Assembly (NCBI GenBank): GCA_964484785.1
Contig: CAZAFD010000004.1
Location: 1-45,393 of the forward strand
Direction: 5' to 3'
DNA from: an uncultured Rhizobiaceae bacterium
GTDB lineage: Bacteria > Pseudomonadota > Alphaproteobacteria > Rickettsiales > UBA1997
DNA length: 45,393 nt
Program-made: the position numbers and the translations under genes
Part shown: positions 9,773 through 19,535 of the stretch, in pieces
How positions within the stretch are numbered: the stretch's first letter is position 1
How the letters are laid out: the number at the start of each line of letters is the position of its first letter
The notes under the pieces: model-generated
Databases searched by the model: none
What the model saw: only the letters and a program-made list of their open reading frames with translations
Told to the model about the DNA's origin: nothing

Positions 9773-11064
9773 TATTTATTAATTAACTGTAAAACGGTAC
9801 TGGCAAAATATAAAGAGCCCGTAATAATAATTCTCTTAGGGGAGTCTGCATGTTTAGATGCAATCATCTTTAAAGCCAATGTTACATCCTCAGTGCATCC
9901 AAGTATTTCTGCTGCTTCGTGTCGTAGTGCTTCTTCTAAAATTTCAGCCTTGGCAAATTGAAAATTTTCATCCGGCGCATTCGCTAATAAAACAAATTTA
10001 TGCACTGATTTAACTATTGCCTTAATATAAGCAGAATAATCCTTTTTCTCTAAAATAGCCAATATTATTATGGATTCTTTACCATCTTTATGTTCTCCAA
10101 CCCATTCCGATAATACTCTGGCACCATCTGGATTATGTGCTCCATCCAGCCATAACTCAAATCCACGTGGTAATAACTTACCCAAAGTAGTATCTGTTAG
10201 ATCTTGTAATCTAGCTGGCCAAAAAGCTTTTTTAATACCTCTTTTAATGGCTTCATCTGATACCACTAACTTATTTTGTGCCAGAATTGCGGCTATAGCC
10301 GTACCAGCATTATTTATTTGGTGTTTACCCTGTAATCTTGGTTTAGGAGTATAAAGCATTTTAAAAATACCTTCAAAAGCACACCTATCATCAAGTTCCG
10401 TATATTTCCACTGTTCACCACTAGCATAGTATGGACAGCCTAGGTGCTCAGCTTGTTTTATTAAATAATTTGTAGTTTCTTTACACTGTGGCCCAATAAT
10501 TAATGGTGTAGATGATCTAGCTATACCAAACTTTTCATAAGCAATCTCTTGCAAAGTGTTGCCAAGATATTCCATATGGTCAAAGGAAATATTGGTAATG
10601 ATATCAACCAAAGGATTCTCGAAAACGTTTGTGCTATCAAATCTTCCACCACAGCCAACTTCAATTACATTGGCATTTGCATCATTTCTGGAAAAAGCCA
10701 CAATACCAATAACAGTAAGTGCTTCAAAATATGTGATCTCCAGCTTATACTTCTCAACAACAGTTCTAACCTCTTCAGCTATCTCATCATAATATTCATC
10801 GGTAATATATTGTCCAAGAGGCTGTATTCTCTCATTAAAACATACAACATATGGAGAGACAAAACGATTAACCTTATACCCAGCTTCTTCAAGTATTGTT
10901 TTCAAAAAAGAAGTAACACTACCCTTACCATTAGTACCAGCAACGTGAAAAACATTTTTCAGTTTGTTTTGCGGATTACCCAATTTTGCTAATAAAGCAT
11001 ACATTCTTTCTAATCCTGGAGTAAAACCACCATTAGATTTGTTTGGCCATCTTGGTTTATTCAT
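9772..11064 (-). CDS. folC: Folylpolyglutamate synthase/dihydrofolate synthase
   Basis: HVAGTNGKGS, EVGCGGRFDSTN, DHMEYLG, WPARLQ, LDGAHN, TGSLY. Confidence 0.95.
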   Translation of the reverse strand: MNKPRWPNKSNGGFTPGLERMYALLAKLGNPQNKLKNVFHVAGTNGKGSVTSFLKTILEEAGYKVNRFVSPYVVCFNERIQPLGQYITDEYYDEIAEEVRTVVEKYKLEITYFEALTVIGIVAFSRNDANANVIEVGCGGRFDSTNVFENPLVDIITNISFDHMEYLGNTLQEIAYEKFGIARSSTPLIIGPQCKETTNYLIKQAEHLGCPYYASGEQWKYTELDDRCAFEGIFKMLYTPKPRLQGKHQINNAGTAIAAILAQNKLVVSDEAIKRGIKKAFWPARLQDLTDTTLGKLLPRGFELWLDGAHNPDGARVLSEWVGEHKDGKESIIILAILEKKDYSAYIKAIVKSVHKFVLLANAPDENFQFAKAEILEEALRHEAAEILGCTEDVTLALKMIASKHADSPKRIIITGSLYFASTVLQLINK

Positions 11065-11140
11065 AACTTATCTTTTCACGATTTGTATTACTTCTATAGA
11101 AGTATATAAATATATTTTTTAAAAAATAAAGTATTTTTGA

Positions 11141-12358
11141 TTAAGATCGTAACGCATCTATTGGGTTCAATCTAGCAGCTTTTAAAGCCGGTACTATACC
11201 AGAAATAACACCAATAACTATAGAAACAAAAATAGATACAAATATAATAAAAACATTAGTTTCTACATGTTTATTAAAAACATATCCACCAATTTTCGAC
11301 ATACCAATACCCAGAACAGTACCTATAATACTACCGATTACCGATATTAATATAGCTTCAAGCATGAATTGGTATAAAATATCAGATTCTTTAGCTCCTA
11401 AAGCTTTCCTAATGCCAATTTCTCTAGTTCTCTCCGCAACAGACACAAGCATCATATTCACAATACCAATACTACCAACAAGTAAAGAAATAGAACCTAT
11501 AAATACCAACAACAAAGAAAGGACAAGACCTACTCTTTTTTGTCTGTTAACAATTTCGGTTAAATCTATGATTTCAAAATCATCTTCTGCAAAATCAGAT
11601 AGTTTATGCCTTTCTCGCAACAAAACCTTTATCCGACGCTGAACAAACTTTAGGTTTTGTTCTTTATTAACCTTTAAAATAATTATATCAATCTTATCTG
11701 GAAATCTATTGTTTGTTATTTTACGTTTAATCACAAACAAAGGTGCGATAGATGTATCATCTGTGTCATGCCCACCAGCCGAGGCTCCTTTACTCTTTAA
11801 TACTCCAACCACAGTAAATGGTATATTAGATATTCTAAGACTCTTACCTATAGGATCCACATTCTCAAAGAGTTTATCAGCTACAGTTTTACCAATTACT
11901 ATTGAGTTTACAGAATTGTCAAAATCTTCTTGTGTAAAAAAACTCCCCTTCTCTATTTCCCAATCCTCAGTTTGTAAATAAGTGGGATCTGTACCAACTA
12001 TATTAGTAGCCCAGTTTTCGCCACCATACACCAGCCTCCCGCTGTATCCAACTACAGGAGAGACTAATTCTACATCTTTAACTTCTCTTATAGCTAAGGC
12101 ATCTTTATAGCTAATCGTAGGCTGGCCTCTACCACTTCGTATACCACCTCTACCCGACGATCCAGGAACTATTATTAGTTTATTGCCACCAAATGCTTTT
12201 AATTCACTATTAATAGTATTCATAACCGTTTGGCCAATCTCTACCATCATAATCACCGTACTAATCCCTATTAGTACGCCTAAAATAGTGAGAAATGACC
12301 TTAATTTGTTTGATTTTATTGAAATCCAAGATTCTTCTAAAATCGATATCCTTAACAT
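11141..12358 (-). CDS. MacB/FtsX-family ABC transporter permease
   Basis: NKLRSFLTILGVLIG, periplasmic core, GIVNMMLVSVAERTREIGIRKALGA, PALKAARLNPIDALR. No fused ATPase domain. Confidence 0.92.
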   Translation of the reverse strand: MLRISILEESWISIKSNKLRSFLTILGVLIGISTVIMMVEIGQTVMNTINSELKAFGGNKLIIVPGSSGRGGIRSGRGQPTISYKDALAIREVKDVELVSPVVGYSGRLVYGGENWATNIVGTDPTYLQTEDWEIEKGSFFTQEDFDNSVNSIVIGKTVADKLFENVDPIGKSLRISNIPFTVVGVLKSKGASAGGHDTDDTSIAPLFVIKRKITNNRFPDKIDIIILKVNKEQNLKFVQRRIKVLLRERHKLSDFAEDDFEIIDLTEIVNRQKRVGLVLSLLLVFIGSISLLVGSIGIVNMMLVSVAERTREIGIRKALGAKESDILYQFMLEAILISVIGSIIGTVLGIGMSKIGGYVFNKHVETNVFIIFVSIFVSIVIGVISGIVPALKAARLNPIDALRS

Positions 12359-12364
12359 TATGAC

Positions 12365-12799
12365 TTATTTATTGAAGAACATTGATCTTATTTTTTCTAG
12401 GGTAACGTTGATTAATTTGATATCTTCTACAAGAACTATAATTGTGTCATAACCAGCAATACTACCGATTACATTATCCATATTCCTCTCATCAATGATT
12501 CTAGCGACTACTCCAGCAGTACCGCCTCGAGTTTTAATAATAATTTCTACTCCATTACTTTTAACTATTGTAACCAAAGTTTTTACCGCAGCTGAAAGCT
12601 CTAGTGGTCTAGGCTGTATCATATAATAACTGTTTTTTGCATCATCAACAACTTTAACTGTATTTAACTTTTTTAAAATTCTAGATATATTGGACTGTGT
12701 AGTCATGTATCCTTTATCGCTTAATACCTTAGTTAGTTCGGTTTGTGTTTTAATTTTATTGTTCAGGATTAAATCCTTTATAACAAATTCTAATTTCAT
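12365..12799 (-). CDS. argR: ArgR-family repressor
   Basis: Winged HTH (TQ.EL..., TQSNISR.LK.L) plus the C-terminal oligomerisation domain (IKT..G.A..VA..ID, GSIAGYDTI). Confidence 0.85.
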   Translation of the reverse strand: MKLEFVIKDLILNNKIKTQTELTKVLSDKGYMTTQSNISRILKKLNTVKVVDDAKNSYYMIQPRPLELSAAVKTLVTIVKSNGVEIIIKTRGGTAGVVARIIDERNMDNVIGSIAGYDTIIVLVEDIKLINVTLEKIRSMFFNK

Positions 12800-12963
12800 A
12801 ATTAACTTCCAGTTATGACTAATGCTTAAATTAATAATTCTATTATCGCGTAACCACTCGGCGTAAAACTATTCATCTTATGCCATAAAAACTGTAAAGT
12901 GGTGTATACGATTTATAAAAAAAATCAATAGTATTTTATATAAAAAAAATTTCTTTATTTTTA

Positions 12964-14001
12964 TTATTTTTTTAGGAATATCAATAATAAACCAAGCGTG
13001 CTAACCACAAAACTAAATAACCAAAAACTATGTACAACTTTTGATTCTGACCACCCTAATTGTTCAAAATGATGGTGAACCGGAGCCATTTTAAAGACTC
13101 TTCTTTGAAATAGCCTATACCAAAAAACCTGTAAGGCGGTACTACCAAGTTCGACTATGAAAAGTAAAGCCATAATAGCATAAAAAAGCTCAATTTTAAG
13201 AATATAACTTATTGTAAATAATATAGCACCTAGAGATAGACTTCCTACGTCACCCATAAATATCTTGGCTGGATGCTTATTAAAACAGAAGAAACCAACC
13301 ATACAAGCACATAAGGAAACCAACACTAGCATTAAATTAGTATATGCCTCTGGTCCTATACTACTAACCAAATAAGTACAGCCAAATATAAGACTACATA
13401 ACAACAGCACTAGAAAATATAGCGTTATATTTATGACTGGAATAGTCAATAAACCATCTAAACCATCTGTTATATTTGTTGCATTAGAAGAACCTACAAG
13501 CGCTACAATGTACATTGGAAAAGCTAGTTGTTTTAAATCTAAAGAAAAATTAAACAAAGGCATATATATATATGAACTTAAGAATCTTGGGTCTATATAA
13601 GCTAACAATAAAATGATTATACCAGCAGCGATAAACTCTATAATTAACTTTATACTTCCTCTCAATCCAAAACTAGATTTAAAAAACACCTTTAATACAT
13701 CATCCAGCAAACCTATCGCCGCAAAAAACACAGTAACTAAAAATATCACCCAAACATAAGGGACCTTTAAATTACAAAACAAGATCACATTTAGTAAAAA
13801 AGCACCTATAAAAGCTAAACCACCCATTGTTGGGGTTTTGCATTTTTTTAAATGTGTTTCTGGCCCATCATTCCTAATGGGTTGAAACCTATTGCTTTTT
13901 TTAAAGACAAATATCAACCCTTTAATAAATAATACAGTCACAAAGAAAGATGACACAGAACACAGAAGTAGTGTTATACCTAGATTAAAAGATGCAAGCA
14001 T
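12964..14001 (-). CDS. mraY: Phospho-N-acetylmuramoyl-pentapeptide transferase
   Basis: KTPTMGG, GLLDD, NATNITDGLDGL, PAKIFMGDVGS, MAPVHHHFE. Confidence 0.96.
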   Translation of the reverse strand: MLASFNLGITLLLCSVSSFFVTVLFIKGLIFVFKKSNRFQPIRNDGPETHLKKCKTPTMGGLAFIGAFLLNVILFCNLKVPYVWVIFLVTVFFAAIGLLDDVLKVFFKSSFGLRGSIKLIIEFIAAGIIILLLAYIDPRFLSSYIYMPLFNFSLDLKQLAFPMYIVALVGSSNATNITDGLDGLLTIPVINITLYFLVLLLCSLIFGCTYLVSSIGPEAYTNLMLVLVSLCACMVGFFCFNKHPAKIFMGDVGSLSLGAILFTISYILKIELFYAIMALLFIVELGSTALQVFWYRLFQRRVFKMAPVHHHFEQLGWSESKVVHSFWLFSFVVSTLGLLLIFLKK

Positions 14002-14029
14002 AAGATATCGTTTTAATTTATAAAAAAAA

Positions 14030-15460
14030 TTACATTTTATTATTTGGTACCAAATAATTTATTATTTCGTAACTTTTACCGAGATATTTTGAAGACTTAA
14101 TAAAAAGTACATCTCCGTCTTGGACAAGATCCTGAATATCTTCTAAAACATTATAAACACTGTCATAGTGGACAGTATTAAAATTATTCTTTTTTAGAAA
14201 GTCATAAGTAATTTGTGTCTCGTCACCAAATAAAATTGCAACATCAACACCATACTTAAGTATTTGTTGAGCAATAGTTAAATGAAAGTCCTCGGTTTGA
14301 GATCCAGCTTCCTTTATAGGGCCAAAAAAACAAACTTTTCTACGAGATATATAATCTTTATTCTTAAATAATTCAAAACCACTAATAAAAGCCTTAGGAT
14401 TCACAGCATTAGCGCTACCGTTAATAACTGTTATATGAATATCTTTACCTTTGATATTACACTGAACTTCTTCTATATTATTTCTACCACGCGTAGTCTT
14501 ATATTGATTTAAATAGGTAAAGACTTTTTTAATATCTATGTTTAAGGCGTGTGCGATAGCCAAAACTCTCAAGGCAATTGATGGTAGATTATAATCTTTA
14601 TTATCTAAACTCAAATGGAATTCTTGGCCATCTATAACATATATTACATTGGTTGTATTTCCATCTATACAAAAGTTCTTTAAAAAAACGTCGGCCTTTG
14701 AATTTTCACCAAAGCTTACAAGATTAAGATTGTACTTGCTAGCTTTTGCAGCAAGAAAATCAAAAAATTTATTATCTTTATTTAGAACGGCACATTTGCT
14801 AGTATTCGTCAAAATTTCGCTTTTTTCAAAAGCAATTTCTTCATCGTTTTTAAAATATTCAAAATGAGCCCGTTCTATGTTAGTTATCAAACTAATTTCT
14901 GGTCTAACAAAATCAACAAGCATCTTAATCTCACCTTTACCACTAGTGCCCATCTCGTAAATAACATAATCTAAATCTGTGCCAGTATTTAACATTGTGA
15001 ACATGAGACCAAAAAAGTTATTAAAACTCATTTGATTACAATGTGCTTTACCAAAATGACTTAATATAGTATACAAAAAGTCTTTCGTACTAGTTTTGCC
15101 TATACTACCAGTTATAGCTATAATTCTAGTGTTAGTTAATTGATTTCTTCTAAAAACAGCTAAATCCTTGATTGCCTCTATAGTATCATCAACCAATATC
15201 ACTCTTGGATCTGACTCAAATTCTCTTGCTAAAGCATCACAAGCAATAACTGCAACATTCTCATTTTTTTCTAGAACATTTTTAATAAAGATATGACCAT
15301 CGGTATGTTCACCTTTTTTTGCTATAAACAAACTACCTTCAGCAACCTCTCGGCTATCGAATGTTACATTCATTATACTAAATTCATGATCTTCATTAAA
15401 CTTAGTTAATCTTCTATTAAGAGCTTTTTTTATTTCACTAGTATTCCATAGATAAGACAT
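14030..15460 (-). CDS. murF: UDP-MurNAc-tripeptide--D-Ala-D-Ala ligase (divergent C-terminus)
   Basis: DSR..., GEHTDGH, ITGSIGKTSTK, SFNN, EMG, NI..AH.E.F, EK.EI; directly upstream of mraY. Confidence 0.88.
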   Translation of the reverse strand: MSYLWNTSEIKKALNRRLTKFNEDHEFSIMNVTFDSREVAEGSLFIAKKGEHTDGHIFIKNVLEKNENVAVIACDALAREFESDPRVILVDDTIEAIKDLAVFRRNQLTNTRIIAITGSIGKTSTKDFLYTILSHFGKAHCNQMSFNNFFGLMFTMLNTGTDLDYVIYEMGTSGKGEIKMLVDFVRPEISLITNIERAHFEYFKNDEEIAFEKSEILTNTSKCAVLNKDNKFFDFLAAKASKYNLNLVSFGENSKADVFLKNFCIDGNTTNVIYVIDGQEFHLSLDNKDYNLPSIALRVLAIAHALNIDIKKVFTYLNQYKTTRGRNNIEEVQCNIKGKDIHITVINGSANAVNPKAFISGFELFKNKDYISRRKVCFFGPIKEAGSQTEDFHLTIAQQILKYGVDVAILFGDETQITYDFLKKNNFNTVHYDSVYNVLEDIQDLVQDGDVLFIKSSKYLGKSYEIINYLVPNNKM

Positions 15461-15957
15461 TTTTTCCTCCTACTACTTTTCATTCAAATGTGTTTTAATA
15501 ATAAATATATTTTAAATTTTAAAAAATAAGACAAACTATCTCCACTCTAGACTAGACCCATCAATTTAATATGCAACTTAATATTCCTTATAAAAGCAAG
15601 GTTTTATAAAACAAATCTAGTCCATAATATTAAGTAAATAAATATTTAGTCTCACTAACTGATAATATAGCATAAAAATCAATATCTGGCTTATTTAGGT
15701 GAAAAAACAGATTTTATAATAAATAAAAATAAAGAAAAATTAAATACTAAATATATTTTATATAAATAAGAGAATTGCCTTATTAAACTAGTATACAAAG
15801 ATACCGGAATTAAAGTTTTAAACTTAATGCTCAATTTAATATGTAAATATACTATACACAGAATTAAATAAGTCTGTCTTCTTGCAAAAATTCATTTTCC
15901 TATTAGGATTTATTTGAAAGACGATATAATGTTCATATAACAATACATTATAAAATT

Positions 15958-16704
15958 ATGAGGTTAAAAAATAACAAAAACATTTATAGTAAAAGAATTA
16001 ATTTTATTAAAGACAATTGTAATTCTTGTACTGAAAAAGGATTTTCTTTAACTGAACTATCTATCGCTTTGATAATAATTGGTTTAATTATTACTGCCAC
16101 AATTGGCGGAAAAGCATTAATAGATCAAGCCAAGATCATATCTATAATAAATGAGTTTGAAGAAATAAAAATCGCTCTGTCAACATACGTAAATAGCGGG
16201 GGCAACCTTTATCAAGAAAATGGTACAACCAAGGATTCAAATATTTTTCTGGATATAAAAAATACTGGAATTATCTCAGCTTCTAAACTGGGTTATAACC
16301 CAAAAGAAGGCAATTTATATGGATATAAAACTAAACTACATACCAATAAGGGCACTTACCTATGGTATGCTCAGAGTAAAAACAGCAACACGCTCAACAA
16401 ATATGGACAAAGATTAAAAATACTATTATGGTATGGCCTTATCACGGACGGGACAAAAGTGCGTACGCCGCCATATATTTTTACGTTAAAATTTTGTAAA
16501 AAACTTGTACATAAATTACAATCAACCTACAATGAAAAACAAAGTTTGGTAATGCATACCGTAGAGAATAATAAAAACGATTTTAAAAGATTTGAGTTCT
16601 TTTGTAGATGTTACAAAATAGATAACTCCATGGATTGGAATTGTAATAGCTCTGATCCAAAAACATCAGCAATAATAGGAGTATTTGTTTGGGATCTAAA
16701 ATAA
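15958..16704 (+). CDS. Prepilin-type N-terminal cleavage/methylation protein (type IV pilin/pseudopilin)
   Basis: KG|FSLTELSIALIIIGLI class III signal with E5; C-terminal cysteines. Confidence 0.88.
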   Translation: MRLKNNKNIYSKRINFIKDNCNSCTEKGFSLTELSIALIIIGLIITATIGGKALIDQAKIISIINEFEEIKIALSTYVNSGGNLYQENGTTKDSNIFLDIKNTGIISASKLGYNPKEGNLYGYKTKLHTNKGTYLWYAQSKNSNTLNKYGQRLKILLWYGLITDGTKVRTPPYIFTLKFCKKLVHKLQSTYNEKQSLVMHTVENNKNDFKRFEFFCRCYKIDNSMDWNCNSSDPKTSAIIGVFVWDLK

Positions 16705-16712
16705 AAGGATTC

Positions 16713-16749
16713 TTTGAAGGACTTTCGCTTTAATTACAAGTCCTTCAAA
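16713..16749. terminator. Hairpin between convergent pilin gene and secG
   Basis: TTTGAAGGACTT-13 nt-AAGTCCTTCAAA. Confidence 0.65.
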
Positions 16750-16759
16750 AACTAAATAT

Positions 16760-17089
16760 CTATTTCTTGTCTGAAGTATTACTTATTGGATTAACTTTTT
16801 GTTCTGAACCAGTATTAGTTTTATTTATATAATCCTGAATAATCATTTCACCTTTTTTATATTTCTTTTTTGCTATCACAGCAAGAGACAAAGAATTTAT
16901 CAAAAAACAAATAATTAGAAAAATAGTAACCCTTGTAATCAAGTCTACGGTAGACTTATGTGATAAAATACTTGTGCTCGAAGCTCCAGCACCAATGCCA
17001 CTTAAAGCATCTTCATCCGAAGATTGCAAAAGAATGATACATATCAAAAGTATTGCTAAAATGATTTGCAAAATAAACAAAAATGTCAT
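16760..17089 (-). CDS. secG: Preprotein translocase subunit SecG
   Basis: Two TM helices with ILLQ..., a Gly/Ser loop and 'ITRVTIFL..CF..NSL.L'. ATG at 17089 preferred over the ORF start at 17119. Confidence 0.85.
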   Translation of the reverse strand: MTFLFILQIILAILLICIILLQSSDEDALSGIGAGASSTSILSHKSTVDLITRVTIFLIICFLINSLSLAVIAKKKYKKGEMIIQDYINKTNTGSEQKVNPISNTSDKK

Positions 17090-17236
17090 TAGATGAGACA
17101 TCTCAAAAATCAACATCAATTATTAAAATAATGAGATTTAAGATAAAGTTACACAAAGTTTTGTCAAGGTATCTAAAATATACAAGCTAGACTAGATTGA
17201 AAAATAAATTTAACCTAGCCTGACCTGATAATTACC

Positions 17237-18730
17237 CTATCGTTCTTGGGACCATCCAACTTTAGTCAAAAAATCTTTATATGTACCGTCAAACAAAAAA
17301 ACTTTATTATCGTCAAATACAATAAGTTTTGAAATAAGATTATTTAACACTGTTTCATTATGACTAACAATAAAAAGTGCCCCCTCGAAATCCTGACATG
17401 CCTTAAGAAATGCCTCAGAACTATCCATATCTAAATGGTTGGTAGGCTCATCAAGCATTAGCAAATTACAAGGTTTTAGCAGCACTTTACCTAAAAGAAC
17501 CCTGCTTTTTTCTCCTCCGCTTAGTACACTAATTTTTTTCTGCGCTAATTCATCTGGAAACATCATATTACCAGCCATTCTTAATACTTGCGTTCTAGTT
17601 AAAGATTTATCAACACTCCATAGTTCTTCCTCTATAGTATGATCTAATCGTAAAACGTTCTTATTGGTCTGGCCAAAATATCCGACTACAGCCTTATTAT
17701 TAATTCTTATTACACCAGATAATGGACTTAGTCTACCGCTTAATAAATCCATCAGTGTACTTTTGCCCTTACCATTTTTACCAATAATCCCAACCTTATC
17801 ATGCGGCTTGATTGAAAAAGATAAATTCTTAATAAGTATATTGTCTTCGCTATAACCAAAGGTTAGATTGTCTACCGAAAAAAATACATTATTAGTATAA
17901 AAGGGTTGATAAGCAAACTTAAAATCTAATGTAGCAATATTATCAAGTTTTGTTTTAACTTCTTGTCTCTCTAACATTTTAATGTGTGACTGCACCCTAC
18001 TAGCTATATTAGCTTTATATCTAAACCTATCTATATAAGTCTGCACTTGTTTACGTTTTTTTTCTTCATTAATCCGCGTTTTTTCATAATTATCCTCTTC
18101 TAGCGCAATCTTATCATACATATTTTGAGTATTGCCAGTAATTTTTTGCGAAGTACCTCTGTGGATTAACAGGATGTGATCTACTACATCATCCATAAAA
18201 CTTCTATCATGTGTAATCAAAATAAACGAATGTCGCCATGTTTGTAAAAAAGTTTTTAACCATCGGATCGAAACAATATCTAAATAGTTTGTTGGCTCGT
18301 CTAAAAGCAAAAGATCAGGTTCCATCGCGAGTAATTTAGCAAAGTTAATTCTTATTTGCCATCCGCCAGAAAATTCATTAGGGTTTTTGTTTAAATCATC
18401 CTGAGCAAAACCTAAATTTAGTAACATCTTTTCTGCATCCCAAAAATTATCACGTTTATACTCCGGCATAGCGGCACAAACTTCATCGACTATATTAGCA
18501 CATCGGAAGTCCATATACTGCTTTAAGTAACCTATAGTGTAATTCCTTGATTTTACTATTTGACCAGAATCAGGAACTAAATCATTATTTATAATTTTCA
18601 GTAAAGTTGTTTTTCCACAACCATTTTTACCTATTAACCCAATTTTCTCTTTATCATTTAAAATAAAGCTAACATTACTAAATATATCTTTACCATTAAA
18701 AGATATACTTAGGTTTTCTGCCTTTAACAT
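17237..18730 (-). CDS. ABC-F family ATP-binding protein
   Basis: Two ABC cassettes (GKNGCGKT, FSGGW, LDEPTNYLD; GKNGKGKS, LSGGE, LDEPTNHLD) with a linker and no TM domain. Confidence 0.93.
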   Translation of the reverse strand: MLKAENLSISFNGKDIFSNVSFILNDKEKIGLIGKNGCGKTTLLKIINNDLVPDSGQIVKSRNYTIGYLKQYMDFRCANIVDEVCAAMPEYKRDNFWDAEKMLLNLGFAQDDLNKNPNEFSGGWQIRINFAKLLAMEPDLLLLDEPTNYLDIVSIRWLKTFLQTWRHSFILITHDRSFMDDVVDHILLIHRGTSQKITGNTQNMYDKIALEEDNYEKTRINEEKKRKQVQTYIDRFRYKANIASRVQSHIKMLERQEVKTKLDNIATLDFKFAYQPFYTNNVFFSVDNLTFGYSEDNILIKNLSFSIKPHDKVGIIGKNGKGKSTLMDLLSGRLSPLSGVIRINNKAVVGYFGQTNKNVLRLDHTIEEELWSVDKSLTRTQVLRMAGNMMFPDELAQKKISVLSGGEKSRVLLGKVLLKPCNLLMLDEPTNHLDMDSSEAFLKACQDFEGALFIVSHNETVLNNLISKLIVFDDNKVFLFDGTYKDFLTKVGWSQER

Positions 18731-18920
18731 AATATTTACACGTTAATTATATTACTTAGTACTCCTTTGATAAGGGATCATAATTATCATTAAAATTTAA
18801 TTCAATAGGTAATGATAAAAATACATAAATGATTTAAAGATACATTTTATGTAAAAATTGTCTTTGAAAAAAAAATAATTTTGTTAAAATATATAAGCAT
18901 ATATTACATAGTTTATATAA

Positions 18921-19535
18921 ATGTCATTACAAACAAACGCTATTAATTTTCTTCCAAACAAAGGTGAATTGCTTTTTATTACTGGATGTATGTTTTCTAG
19001 AAAAAGTGAAGAACTGATTAGAAATGTAGAAATATTAAAAAAACACAACATAAAGTTTTTTGCTGTTAAACCCTATATACACGATCGTGATGGGGATTTT
19101 ATCAAATCCAGAGCTATTAAAAAAACTGTTAATTGTATTTTAATAAAAAATCCAATGGATCTTGTTGGTCGTAAAGAGCAGTTTATAATTATTGATGAAT
19201 ATCAATTTTTTCCTAAACACGAATTAGATACAGCTTTAAAAAAATTATTAAAAGAAAAAAAACAAATAATAATTTCTGGTTTAGATAAAATTTCCACAGG
19301 CGACTACTGGGAAAATTATGAAATAGTTAAAGAAAAAGCAACTAGAGTTATAGAACTAAGCGCTAAGTGCAGTATTTGCGGTAAACCAGCAAGATGGACA
19401 AGGATGATCAGTACATCAAACGACATTATACAAATAGAGGGAACAAGGAAGAATCTAAAATTCGAACCTCTATGCACAGAACATTTTTATCATATTCGGA
19501 AACGCGAAATGTCTAAAATATCAAGAAAAAATTAG
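18921..19535 (+). CDS. tdk: Thymidine kinase
   Basis: G.MFS.KS.EL, IKSR, IIDEYQF, SGLD, Zn motif C..C...C..H. Confidence 0.88.
   Translation: MSLQTNAINFLPNKGELLFITGCMFSRKSEELIRNVEILKKHNIKFFAVKPYIHDRDGDFIKSRAIKKTVNCILIKNPMDLVGRKEQFIIIDEYQFFPKHELDTALKKLLKEKKQIIISGLDKISTGDYWENYEIVKEKATRVIELSAKCSICGKPARWTRMISTSNDIIQIEGTRKNLKFEPLCTEHFYHIRKREMSKISRKN

Noticed and set aside
12866-12890. ARG box upstream of argR
   Set aside because: GGCAT-AAG-ATGAAT has the wrong spacing and no tandem partner; too weak in AT-rich DNA.
15461-15957. Replication origin in the long AT-rich gap
   Set aside because: No convincing DnaA boxes (TTATCCACA) and no origin-associated genes.
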